DNA of 64,000 nucleotides, from assembly GCF_009914755.1 (NCBI RefSeq), contig NC_060926.1. One strand, given 5' to 3'. This document shows positions 50,239 through 64,000 of the stretch, one piece after another (the first letter of the stretch is position 1; every line of letters starts with the position of its first letter). Source of the DNA: the human T2T-CHM13v2.0 reference genome, Homo sapiens. The notes beneath the pieces were generated by a model. The model was not told the DNA's origin, ran no database searches, and worked only from the letters and a program-made list of their open reading frames with translations. Position numbers and translations under genes: made by a program.

Positions 50239-53200
50239 TGAAAAAGGGAAGTTTACAGGGAGAAAAACCAGATAAGTCGTTGCCAGGGTTAGATGGGGAG
50301 GTGGGAGGTTGACTCCAAGAATGTGAAGGAATTTTGGGGAGGGATGGAGCTGCTGCATACCTGACTGTAGTGCTGTTTACACAACTGTATAAGTTTGCCC
50401 AAACTCAGAATTAAAACCCACACTAAAAAGAGTGAATTTTACCAATTTCACCACTATACACCTGACCTTTAAAAAAACCAAAGCATTCAGAGGAATTCAC
50501 ACTCACAAGTGAGGTGTGTCGTGGCTCTCCAAAAGTGGATCAAGTTGACCTGAGCATCAGCCTCCAAGCTCTGAGACAATCAGTACCTTCCTGATGTCAG
50601 AAGGTCCATGTGTGGCAAAACAAGCCTTCCCAAAACCATAATCCATCTCCAAGACCCACTGATCCTCTAGCCCTGAAAGGACTGTCTCAGATACGCTGTG
50701 GGCCTGGGATCTAAGTGCTTGAGAAACTCTGACCTTTACCATACTGCCCCAGGGAACATCGTCACTCACGATGGTTCTCTAGAAGCTTAATCTGGGAAAA
50801 GAGATCCTCCGTCTGAGCACACAGCTCAGGTTCCCATAGCACAGCAAACCACTTGGGCTTTGGTTGCCATGGGTCCCAACCCCTGGGCTTCTGCTTACTC
50901 ACAGTGACTTTCTAACAGGCTGGAGGGAGAAAATAGGAAAACAGCAGAACTGGCCCACTATGCATTTTGGTTCCCTAAAGACTGTATTATTGTGACTTAT
51001 AAGCCATTTATTTTTGAGTGCTCACTTTTAACCTTCATGTGAGACAGGTATTATCATTTTCCTCATAATAATGAGAAAACAGGTTTAGTGAAAATAAATA
51101 ATTGAGTCTCACAATTAGGGGAGGAGGCCAAAGTCAAACCCATGTCTAACTCCACTGCCCATCTCCTCACTGCTATGACGCACTGCCTTCCTGACTCTGC
51201 AGTACATGGCTGAGAGTCTGCAGCTGGTCTCTGAATGAATGAATGAGGAGTAGGAGAGTGGGAGGAAGACTGCTGCCTGCTTCGTTGCCTAATGAAATTC
51301 CACTCTGGCCCTGAATTATAGATTTACTGACAACAGGTGACAGTATAATTTTAGGGTTTCAAGCACATAAACTGTTCACATAAACGAGGTTCTCTCCCGA
51401 CCTGAGCTGATCTTGGGAAAACAGAAACGAGACATGTTCTTCTTTTTCACCTTGGCATGTGATTCTGCCAGCCTCTCTGTAGTCTTTCCTTTCCCAGTTG
51501 GCTTCAGACCCTGCTCCTCTCTGCAGATTTGAGAGAGTGAACACATACACAACTCTTCCTTGGGTAACCCACCTCACAAACATCTCATTTGCTTATTTCC
51601 TCATCTGATCTGCACTGTACCCCTCCGAGACAATGGGATTACTTTCCCAGTTTACAAATAAAAAAAACTGAGCCTCAGAGTAGTTGAGGGATATTCCAAA
51701 GCCCTTCTCCTATCCAACAAGACGCAAACCCAGGCCTCCTGTCTCCACGTCCCTGGCCATTCCCCGTTCCATACTGCCTTTCTTAGCATGAAGAGGCAGT
51801 TGCATTACTTATTTAAAGCTGTCTGTAATGTGTGCTGCAAAAATCCCATTTTAAGTTGGATTTTTATGCTCCCAAACCCAACTTAGGAAAGCACAAAACA
51901 GAAAAGTCTGATGCAAGCAGGAACAAACATTCTGTAAATTTCCAATTGATACTGTTCCACTCCACAATCCAATCCACACAAATCCCTCAACCACAAATGT
52001 CTGCCTAAATCTGTTGTTTTTGTTTGTTTTTAAGTCTTAATTGTAGAGATTCCTATTCTTAAGCAACCCAGCTTTATTGTGTGTGGTAGAAAGAGGCTGG
52101 GCTTTGACTTCAGACCTGAGTTTGAATCCAGCTCCAACCCTGACTAGCTGTGGAGTGGCAAGCATGCTTCTTAACTACTCTGAACCAGTTTCCTTGAGTA
52201 CAGAGACCAAAAACACCTACTTTCAACAGCCACTATGCAGATTAAATGAGGAGACTGTAGGTACAAATTTAACTTACCAGAGACACTCTAGATGAATGAC
52301 AAATATCAGTTCCCCTCCCTTCTACAGAAACAGTAACTGCAAATGCCAATTCTTTTAACCACAAAATGTTTTTCATTCAATCATTAAATATGTGCTGAGC
52401 ACCTACTGTGTGCCCTGGGCCATCTGATAGGAAAGGCAGGCAGCAAGCAGATAATTATACAAATAACTGGTTATTGTCATCACAATAATTGTGATGAGTC
52501 CTGCTGAGTCTGTTTTGAAGAAGAGAGAAGATTCACTTACAATGACTGTCCTGTGGTTGCCTATTTCCCAGCTTATGCTCCCCTCCCCAGACCTCAGAGC
52601 CAGAGACCTGACCCCCAGCCAGAGGGTTCTGTGCTGAAGGGTTATGGTTTTCTCCTTCTGGTGGGCTTCATCTAAAGCCCCCTACATGGTATATATTTAG
52701 GCTGAGAAAAGGACTGCTGGGCCTTCCTATGTGCACCATGAAAAAGGGGTGGGGGGAAAGAGTGAGGAGCTCTTTGAGATTGACTGGCAGGTGGTCAGCG
52801 GGTATCTGTGGGGTTTTCTGGGGACTTGTCTGCTCAGCTGGTGCCCTCCTCGCTCTCACACAGCAGGTACTGATGTCCTCTGCCAGGGCCCAGCCAACTT
52901 TGAGTGCATGTGTCGGTCTGGCAGAGGGTATCAAAAGCCCTGGGGAAGGCCATGGGAACAGGACAAACCTTTACTAATGCCCACCAGGCACTGTACAAGG
53001 CACTGATCCCCACAGAAGTCAGGTGAGGCAACTACTATCCATTCCCTCTTACACAGGAGGGACCTGGGACATTAAGAGGTTAAATTCATTCATTCATTCA
53101 TTCATTCATTCATTTGTTTGTTCGTTCATCCAACAGACATTTATTCAGTCCCTACTCTGTGTCAGATTCTGAGGCCAACACAAGGTCACAGAGCTGCTAA

Positions 53201-53839
53201 CTGAATGAGCTGGATTCAAATGCTCTATCTGGCTTCAAACTCTGCTCTTCTAATCCAACTTGATACCTCAAAGTCAGAGGTTTTATCTTCAGGGAAGTCA
53301 CAACATGGCCGGGGTGCCAGGTGTATCAGAACAAGAAAGGTGGCAGGCAAAGCTGCGTGTGCTAAGTATGGAAGGAAAGACAAATGATGATGGGCAAAAC
53401 TACGGAGATAGAAAACAGATGAGCTGCCAGAGGCTGGCAGTGGGGTAGAAGAAGATGATGACTACAAAGGGGCATGGAGGAAGTTTTGGAGGCAATGAAC
53501 CTGTTCTATATTTACACTGTGGTTGTGATTACATGACTGTATGCACTTGTCAAAGCTCACAAAACTATACAGTAAAAAGGGTGAATTTCACTGTGTGCAA
53601 ATTATTAGGAATTTATACAGAAAATTTAATCAGGAAAATCAAGATTTGAATTCAAATTATACAGGAAAGTTCAGGTTTTTCCAGCCCCCTCACTCAGCTG
53701 TACTGAGGCTGCATCGCTTCTGTTTATAGTCCTATGACACCATGTGAACAAACACTGCCAAATGAGGCTGGTCTTATACGTTTAGTTACTGATTTCCCCA
53801 TCTGTTAAAATCAGCCAAGTTAACAGAGTAGAATGGTTA

Positions 53840-54340
53840 TGTCTCAAAAAGATATTTGCATACCCATGTTCATGGCAGCATTACTCACAATAGCCAAAAG
53901 ATGGAAGCAATCCAAGTGACCATCAACAGATGAATAAATAATGAATATTATTCATCCTTTCAAAGGAAGAAAACGCTGACACTTGCTAAGATGGATGAAC
54001 TATGAGTATATTATGCTAAGTTAAATGGGCCAATCACAAAAAGGCAAATACTGAGTGATTACATTTATAAGTGGACTACTCTAGATAACTCAACTCCTTA
54101 ACTAGATAAGTAAAACTCATAAAAATAGAAAGTAGAATGGTGGTTGCCACAGGCTGGGGGGATATAGGGAGTTGATAATGGGTGTGGAGTTATAATTTTC
54201 AGTTTTGCAAGATGGAAGCTTCTGGAGATTGGTTGTACAACAATGTGCAATAAATATACACTACTGACTGTACATTTAAAAATGGTTAAGATGGTAAATT
54301 TTATGTCATGTGCTTTTATCACAATTAAAATAAAATAAAT
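53840..54340 (+). mobile_element. L1M 3' end fragment
   Basis: 'catgttcatggcagcattactcacaatagccaaaagatggaagcaatccaagtg...atggtaaattttatgtcatgtgcttttatcacaatt'. Confidence 0.8.
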
Positions 54341-54737
54341 TCATGACATTTAGGAACCAAAAAAATATCTGCATGAATATTTGTTCAAAATCATTCATAG
54401 TTAAAAATTTTATAAAAACAGAATTTACTTAGTATAGGTCATTAGTTCATTTAATCCATAAAAGATTACTTCTAAAAAAGTTATAAGAAAACAGAATATA
54501 TAATCTTTCAATTTATATCTGTTTGATGCGACAATGCTATTTTGTAAAATTTACTAAAATTTTCAAACATCTCAATTTATTCAATCCATTGTAATGACAT
54601 TTAAGATGAGTGAAAATTAACAAGTAATGCAAGTAAATATATTTTTTACTGGTTCTGGTTGTAGAGGAAAAAACATTGCTGTATATTATGTTCTATTAAG
54701 AAGTTACACTATTAAAATGTTTCTGAGATTTATATTT

Positions 54738-54792
<55 letters not shown>
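54738..54792. repeat. (AGAT)n tetranucleotide microsatellite, ~13 perfect units
   Basis: Directly visible. Confidence 0.97.
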
Positions 54793-55525
54793 GTTTCTAA
54801 CTTGTTCCAGAAAGGATCTGAGATGGCTTGGTTATAAATAATTGTGTGGCTCATAAGAAATTACCATGATTCCAGGCCACTGGGTTTGTCTGGCAGCAGA
54901 AGGGCTCAGAACTGCTAACAAAAGCACGGTTGTTACCTCACTAGAAGGGGAGGGTGGGACTATGTCCCACCTGCCCACAGAAGAACAAGGATTGTGTGAA
55001 ACAAAGGATGTTTGGCTCAGGTCCAGCATGGCACCCTGATTAGAACACAAAACCTATTTTAAAAAAAAAGAAAAGAAAAGAAAAAAAGCAAGCTGGAAAA
55101 CAGCAGCTTTACTTCAATGAGCAAAATTTAAATTCTGAGAGAATTTTCAGCACGTGTCTTAATTATGAGTGAGTCAGGACAATCAGGGAACAAATGCAGC
55201 TCGCAGCTGCTAAAGTGCGCTTCTGGCTGGAAGTTCTGGACCTTGCTCCCGAGTTGGCCAACCTGGGGAAGAAGGAAGCAGAGAGACTGGGGCGGGAACC
55301 CACCGTATGTACCTCTCGCACACCTGCCCTGCAGATGACTTAGGAGAGCCACTGCTGGCTGCACAGCTCCAAGGGCCCTGGCCACCATGTGCAATACAGA
55401 CCCTGTGTAAGGAAGGTGAGGTCCTCCTTTGGATAACAATTTTTTATGTTTGATGCTTTGAAGGGCAATCCTCGGTAATGCTCTAAAAAGTATGGTGGAA
55501 TACTGCACAATAGTTAAAAAGTTAA

Positions 55526-55900
<375 letters not shown>

Positions 55901-56596
55901 CTACCACAGAATGAGAATTCCTCTTTAACAACTGTGCCATTTGCTTTTGCAGATCTGAAGAGAATAGATAAAACTAGGTCACTAAGGAGAAAAAAATTCC
56001 AAGACAATAACAGAAAGAGGTAGCTCTGAGCATGGAAATGTAAGAAGTTTTATTTGCTTCAGAATGAAAACAATATACATTCTTTCCATTTATGAGCCTC
56101 AAATGGCCACAATCATAGGTGACCATAAGGGAAAGTCCAAGTGAAGAATGTCCTATTATCCAGGAATCAAGACTAAAAAGGAAAGCTTCACACTTTGGGG
56201 AAAAAAAGTTACCAGTATAGCACTCCTCAGTAATTAGCACTGGTTACAATACAATGCATGCTCTGTACACAGCTTTTAGCAGTTTATATCCATTTGCACA
56301 TACAAAAACTCTACGAAGTAGACATGATTATAATTTCCATTTCACAGACTGGAAATGTGGATCAGAGAAGTTAAATAGTTGGACTAAGGTCACACACCAA
56401 GTTTGTAGCAGAGCCAGAACTAGAATGTGAGATTTCAAAGCTTAGGTACTAAACCATGGATGCTCCAACTTCTTTGATCGCACAAAATTAGTAAAATATT
56501 TTGATCACGTGTATTTGTATTACCACAAGTCCTTGGCTTTGCTGAGGAAATACTTTTAAGTCATCATGAGGACTGGTTTAAAATTGGATTGTCTAA

Positions 56597-56911
<315 letters not shown>

Positions 56912-57939
56912 TCAGTTCATTTAACAAGCCTCATGCAAATTGTAACACAACTTGGGTTCTGCTGAAAACAATCAAAACAGCGAGGGACCGTGTTGCTCCC
57001 TCCATGTCGTGGATCTACCCCCTCCCTCAGCATCTCCCACCAGAACATGTGCCACGTTGTGCACGTCAGGCATGCAGACCCAGAGCCCCTTGCTGAGGGC
57101 CTACTCCAGGCAGGCACTGTGCTACCAACCACCCACATGGTCTCCTTCCATACTCAACATCCAGAGGCTTCCCCTGCCCAGAGAGCTGGCCAGCACTTGT
57201 GACGAGGGTGTGGCCCCTGTTCTGCCTGGCTGTGAAGCCACTCCAAGCTGCACCATGGAAGGAGGGACCACCCAGGAGAGCTTGGAGCTTGGGGACCTTG
57301 GTGCTGGTCTTTGCTATACCACTTACTAGACATGGGTTCATGGACAAGAGCCCAGAAGCCTCACTTGTTTTATCTCCTCTGCAAAATGTGGTGTCAAATG
57401 GGATAATATACGTTATGATACTTGAAAATGGAAATGCTGCACAGACTTGCAAAAATGCTTTTCCTACAAGGGAAGCTCTGACCAGAGGACCATGGACTAT
57501 GGTGTCCCACCACTGGAAGGGCTGACATAGGAGCCATCATGGGAGTCATTTACCCAGTCCTGGGGTGGAGTTGGTACAAGCCCTGGTACCTAAAAGATGC
57601 AGGGATGCCACCTAGCTGGGAGACCAAGAACAGCCACTACCTGCAAGAGAGATTCTCCCCGGGGGTTGGAGGGAGGAAGAGAACACTTACTTTTCCAAGG
57701 TGGATGTTTTCTGAAGCCATGGGGAGGAGCGTCACTGTCTCAGTGGAATCATAAAAGCAACCTACCTCCTCATTCACTGGTTCTGGGTGTGAGGGAAATG
57801 CCTCTTCCCAGAAGACTCTGGGGGATCTCAGAGGATGCCTAAGGTCCAGCCTGGGTCCCTCTCAAAATAAAAAGAGAAAACAACTGACAAGTTCACACTG
57901 TTCCCTTTCCCTAGATGTGTTTGAGCCAAGAAGGCCTTA

Positions 57940-57983
57940 CTATAAATAGTATAATTTGGCAAAAACTTCAGCACCATATAGGG
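57940..57983. promoter_or_regulatory. Perfect MEF2 site (CTATAAATAG, 57940-57949) and CArG-like box (CCATATAGGG, 57974-57983)
   Basis: Motif matches to YTAWWWWTAR and CC(A/T)6GG with one mismatch. Function not shown. Confidence 0.4.
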
Positions 57984-59299
57984 TCGCATGCCCCACTTCC
58001 CACCCCAACTGGTCCATTAAGAAATGCCTGAGTTGAGGCATCGTCAGAGACATCCTGGGGGAAGTGGATAACCACAGTAACTAACTAGCAGTCTCCAACA
58101 TTTTAGTGTAGAGTAGTTTAACAGCTCTGTGGCCACTGGCAGCAGGTAGGGAAGGGCATGCTAGGCTGTTTCCCTGGGTTGATGGATTGGTTGGTTTGGG
58201 GAATGGTGGAATTCAAGGAATTGGAGAAGTTTGGAGAACAGGGTGCTGGCTAAAGGTGCCTGGCCAGGACCCAGGATGATAGCACCAGGTCCCTGGGCAT
58301 GGAAGGGCAGATGTGGCACAGGGATGGGCTCCCAACTGGGGGTCAGGAATCCTGGTTCCAGGTTCAGCTCTGATCCCAACAGGCTGGGTAATCTTAGGCC
58401 ATCACACCCGCTCCCTGGATCTGTCTCTTCATTCTTTCATTCAGAAAACATTCACCTAGTGCCTACCAGTATGGGTGTGTAACACTGTTCTATTGCTGGT
58501 GAGGCAGGAGTGAACACATGAAGAGAGCACCGTGTCGAGTTCTGGGGTGCCCTCCCCTCCACAGCTCAAGCATTGTTTATCCCCATGCCTGCAGTCGGAC
58601 CCAGGTCCAGCCCTGGCCTCTGCTGGGCTGTTTCCACCGTGTGGACGCTTTGAGCATGAACTGGGCCCTCTACCCTCCACCCTGCATCCAGAGATAGTGT
58701 GAGGATGTTAGTAAACACTCAAACAACGGTGCGCAGAGCAAAGCTGTTATGGGGCCAGCAGAATAGTCATGGACAGTCACCCTTGCCATGGTACATTCCT
58801 GGAAATTGCAGCAGGAAGGAGAATGGTCAAAAGGGGATCGCTTTTTGCTGTATCCCTTTGTCACCAGCAGATGGGAATCCTGGGTCAGCAAGGCAGAGTG
58901 CTGACCGAGCTTTCCTCTGGATGGTGGAAAACAAAGAGTGGATAGGCTGGGGAGAAAAACAGGAAAACGGGTGTGTTTTCATCTTTGTGGCTGTGCAGAT
59001 GAGCAATCAATGAAGCAAAGCTGGGATGTTAAGAACTGACTCTATTCTTGATAGAGCTCAAAAGATACCATTGTTCCCTACTGCCCAAAGAAAAACGTCC
59101 AAGCTGCTTATGTTGATATCAAGGGCCTCTGCCACCTAGCTGCAGGTGTCCCACCAGCTCCTTGGGCCCTCTGCTAATTCCTGTCTACTCATGCATTTCT
59201 GCCACTGTGCTCAGTCATCATTCTCTTGGCCTGCAGTGCTCTGCCCCCAACTCTGTCTGCCAAAATCCTACGCATTCTTCTAATGCATTGGACTAGAAG

Positions 59300-59478
59300 C
59301 CTTGGCACTACTGACATTTGGGGCCAGACAATTCTTTGTTGTGAGGGGCTGTCCTCAGCATTATCCCTGGGCTTTAACTATTAGATGACCCCACTCCAAG
59401 TGTGGCAACCAAAAACATCTCCAGACACCACCGAATGTCCTCTCAGAGCAAAACAGCCCCTGCTTGAGAACCACTGTT
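59300..59478. mobile_element. MER20
   Basis: 'ccttggcactactgacatttggggccagacaattctttgttgtgaggggctgtcc...ttgagaaccactg'. Confidence 0.85.
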
Positions 59479-62400
59479 CTATGCCTAGATCCAGGGCTAT
59501 TCTTTTTATAAAACCTTTTCCTGAGCTCCTTAGAACAAGGGTTATATGTGTGCCTTCTACACACTTGGTAATGTTCTATTAGCACTTAACTAGCCTTCTT
59601 CCAGCTTGCATTATGTGGTTATATCATACCTTCCTCATTAGGCTACAAGTTCCTTAAGAGCAAGGACAATACTGCGTTCATCTTATACAAGCCACAACAC
59701 CATCTAGAGTAGCAATTAATATTGGCTACTATTTATTGGCTACTAATAAAGTAGTTATTGGCTACTAATAAACTATGGTTTAACTTCTTACTGTTAACAT
59801 AAGCACAACTCATCTATGTTGATTGTAGAAAAATTTTAAAATATGTAAAAAATAAAACAAAAATCAAAATCATCCACAATCCAACACCCAGCAACAACAG
59901 TAGTTAAAATACTGGTAGACTGAATATGGCCCTCTAATACAAGTACACCAGTAAAATACCCTCCAATCTTCCTTCTGTGAGTGGAGAATCCAAGGAAAAT
60001 ATCTGCAGCAGAGGCAGCAGCCCAGGGCCAGACTGACATGGCCAGGGGGGACCATGAGAGCCATCTTGTCCACCCCAGCAGATGCTTGGATCTGCTTTAG
60101 AATGCTGTTCTGGACTGTTTGAACCTCTGCACATACAGGAACTTGCTATCATCCCACGCAGGCTGGTCCAGCTTGGGCCACCCTAAGGAGCTCTTTGTTT
60201 TACTGACTTAAAATTTGTTACCTGGGATTTCACTCCTTGGTCCAGTCCAAATTCTGCCTCTTTAGCCAAATCGGTCCACTCTCTCTATTTCCCATCGACA
60301 GGTCCTGCCCTCCTTCCTCTGTGCTGAGAACTGTGCCTCTCATCCACTAGGATGGGCCCCAGAAGCCAGTTTCATACCACACAACGCTTCCAGGCCCTCA
60401 ACAGTCAGGTTCTGTCTCACAGGAATTGGCATTGGTACTGAGAAACTTGAGTAATTCCTGCTGGATACTTGAACTAAAGGAATATAAACTCAAGAGTAGG
60501 GACTGCAACTGTGCATGGCCGTGCTTGGCCATATACACATGAAAAGTAGAAGTCTAGGGTGAGAGAGAGTCAGAGAGAGTACCAGACACACAGAGAGAGT
60601 CGAGCAGATGTGGCCAAAGAAACAGATAAGTGAGACCAGGGCCCAGGGAAGGCTTCCCAACTGCCTTCCAGGTCCCAGGGCCGCATGACTCAGCTGCAAC
60701 TCCCTGCCTCTTTACAATAAAGAGTTGTTGTTTTGGCTCATGCTAAGGCCAGTTGGTTTTATCTATCTTGGTTCATGTAACCAAAACCAAAAAAGCTTAA
60801 AGAGGACTTGACTCAGATACAGCCCTCAAAACCTCTGACAATGGATGCCCTAAAACTTGGGTCCCCTTAGCCTTCTCTCCATCTTGAACTTGCATCCACT
60901 GGGGCTGGCCGAGTCCCCTCTGATGAAAAATCATGCATCTCTGTGTACAAAGCCCTTCACGCCTCTGGGTACCACTGACAAACCCAGGTTGCGCTGGCAC
61001 CAAAAGGTGAGGATCCAATTCAGAAGCTGTCAGAGCCAAGAATCCAATTAAGCAGTATCCAGATGTGAATGAGGTGACCACCAAACGTGTATGTTTGCGT
61101 AAAAAGTCACATCACACCAACTAAATACAAGCACCCACAGTGAAGATGTGAGACCAGAGAAGCTGGGAGCTGTCCAACTCCTTCATCCGCATTCTCTTTG
61201 AAGCTCCTTGGAGCGGGCTCTAAGTGCTTCTCAGAGCTGATCACAGCACCAGCGGAAACCACAGCAGGTTTTTCCATGGGCATACAGCCCCCACTTCCCT
61301 AGGAGCAGATAATGGCAGCCAGCTTGCAAGGTCTTCCTTCCAGTTCCTGCCAGGGTCAGGGGCAAAACAACTCCCTGCATACCGGGCAGGGCATGGGCTT
61401 TGCAGTCAGACATAGATTCTCATCTCATTTCTACCACGTATTAGCTTTATGACTTTGATTAAGTTACTGAACTTCTCTAAGATTCAGTCCCCTCATCTAT
61501 AAAAATAACTAACAACAATTCCTATTTTGAGGATTAAATGAAACAAGAGTTTTCAAGAGACCAGCGTGACAATACCAGAAATACTAGTTTCCTATCTCTC
61601 GTCATGTTTATATTAAACTCTTTCATTCATTTTCAAAATTTACTAAATGACAATGTAATGTCAATTTTAAAATATCATTTATGAGAGAGCATCCTCACCA
61701 CATATGATCAGTTGGAAAATAACAACTTGATTAGGGCTCACTTTATTTTTCAAAGTGTCCTCTAAGTTGCATCAATTCCATAAATGTCGAAGTCAGCAAA
61801 AATAAGCGAGAGTATACTTAACACTTCAACAGATGCGCCTGTCCAAGAGGCTGCAAGTTTGGTTCCCAGGCAGGTCCAATTCCCTGTAGGCAGATGACTA
61901 ACCTCTTAAAACCCACATTTGCTGCTGGGATTAACTGGCCAGGAGGCCCCATGCAGATGAATGCCCAGTCATGACCTCCCCCCACCATGACAGCAACAAA
62001 TGCTTCATCCACACTCCCTTTTCCTTTAATTCCCCATAGGCTTTATAAAGCCAGCCCAGCTTCCTGAAGCTTGACTTCCTCATTAATGGATGTGCAGCTA
62101 ATGGAGTGCTGCCTGCAGCTTGTGCCCAAAGGTCACCAAGCAGCTTCCTTCCCTCCCCTATTCCAGAAAGCTGTGCAGTCTCTTCAGGAGGCTCCCGGGT
62201 CCCAGACTCCCGCCTGGAAAAGGACAGGGAGGCTGAGAACACGGGCCCTTGTCACTGAGGGCCAACCTCCCAGCCTCTAGGGCTGCAATGGGACAGGTTT
62301 TTCTCTACAACCTGGCTCCTATCACAAGAAAAGCTGCCGTTTCCTCCAAATGGAAACAACAGCCAATGAAGCCATTGGTGCTTCGGTTTTTTGCTTCTAT

Positions 62401-63074
62401 CTCTTTAAAGAATTCACAAACCCATCCATCAAAAACTGAGGATGAGAGTAGAGACTGGCACAGTCTGGGGAGACAATTTGGCATTATTTCTCAAACCTTA
62501 ACAGTGTTGCTATCCTCTGATCCAGTAATTGCACTTCTGGGAATCTATCCAAAAGAAATCATCAGAGGCAAACAAAGATTAACACATAAATATGTTCCAT
62601 GGTGTTCTTATGTCCAAAGCTGAAAATGATATAAACATCCAACAATGAAGAAAGAATTGGCTATAAAACATTAAAAGGTCACTAAAATCTCATCTTAGGA
62701 CTCTTGTGGGCAATAAAGTATTAATATATTAATGTTAAGTGGAAATGCAAGATACACAGTAACTTCAATCATAAACTTTTTGTATTCAAAAAGTCTTAAG
62801 GACCCCTCCAAAATGTATCTCCAGGTAATGGAATTATGAGTAATTTTTATTTTCTTCTTTATCCTTTCCTTTTCTTCCCCATCCTATTGACCACAGTAGC
62901 ATTTGACCCTTCATCCATGACAGATCCTTTGTACTGTCATGATACAAAGATGAGTGGGACAGTCCTGCATCTCACTGAGTTCAAGTGTAGCTACGGTCCA
63001 CTCGAGCAGATCATCACACCCATAATGAATGCTCTGAAGGCTGAAGCTGAATTGCTTTTTAAAAAAATATTTTT

Positions 63075-63685
<611 letters not shown>

Positions 63686-64000
63686 TAAGGCTGGACTTCC
63701 AAATCAGCAACTTCTAAGGGCAGGAGATGTTCCAGCAGATCTTGAAAGGTGAGCAGGGATTTGGTAGGTTCTGGAAGAAGGTAGGGTAGGGGAGGCATTT
63801 CAGGAGGGGAGAACAGCATGAATAAACCCCAGAAACATGAGAGAGCATGGTGGGTTTGCAGCTACAAATGGCTCAGTGCAGCTGGGTCAGGCAGAAGCTA
63901 GGCTGAGGGGAGCAATCACCCCCAGAGCACATCTGACAGCATCCATCCAAAGGGTGAGAAGAGGAGGAAAAACTGAAGAGGAAGGTGGCTAGGCTGGTGA

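Noticed and set aside
57967-57976. REST/RE1 left half-site TTCAGCACCA
   Set aside because: The right half (GGACAG) is absent, so it is insufficient to call an RE1.

Overview
Human (primate) genomic DNA from inside the REEP1 gene (receptor expression-enhancing protein 1, the ER-shaping SPG31/dHMN5B gene, chr2p11.2), which is transcribed on the minus strand. Four internal coding exons can be read directly, all with GT-AG sites: exon 2 at 42188-42260, exon 3 at 23985-24061, exon 4 at 14716-14836 and exon 5 at 11979-12092. Spliced together they give REEP1 residues ~11-139. The first exon and exons 6 onward lie outside the window. The rest is intron, heavily filled with repeats: about 30 Alus (including a human-specific AluYb8), two ERVK solo LTRs (LTR5_Hs/HML-2 and LTR14/HML-10-type), THE1D, MLT1 and MER73/74-type LTRs, a decayed ERVL pol region, old L1/L2/MIR and hAT MITEs. 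Nearly all ORFs in the supplied track are spurious. Best leads: (1) a candidate internal promoter with a short ATG-containing exon at ~57.7-58.0 kb (perfect MEF2 site, CArG-like box, GTAAGT donor, in frame with exon 3); (2) a candidate poison cassette exon at 40039-40171; (3) an LTR14 that appears to have inserted into the target-site duplication of an AluY inside a MER3; (4) an antisense LTR5_Hs pointing at exon 3; (5) an unexplained 40-bp dispersed duplication. No new multi-gene system is supported. Repeat subfamily names come from recalled consensus sequences, not from a RepeatMasker run.
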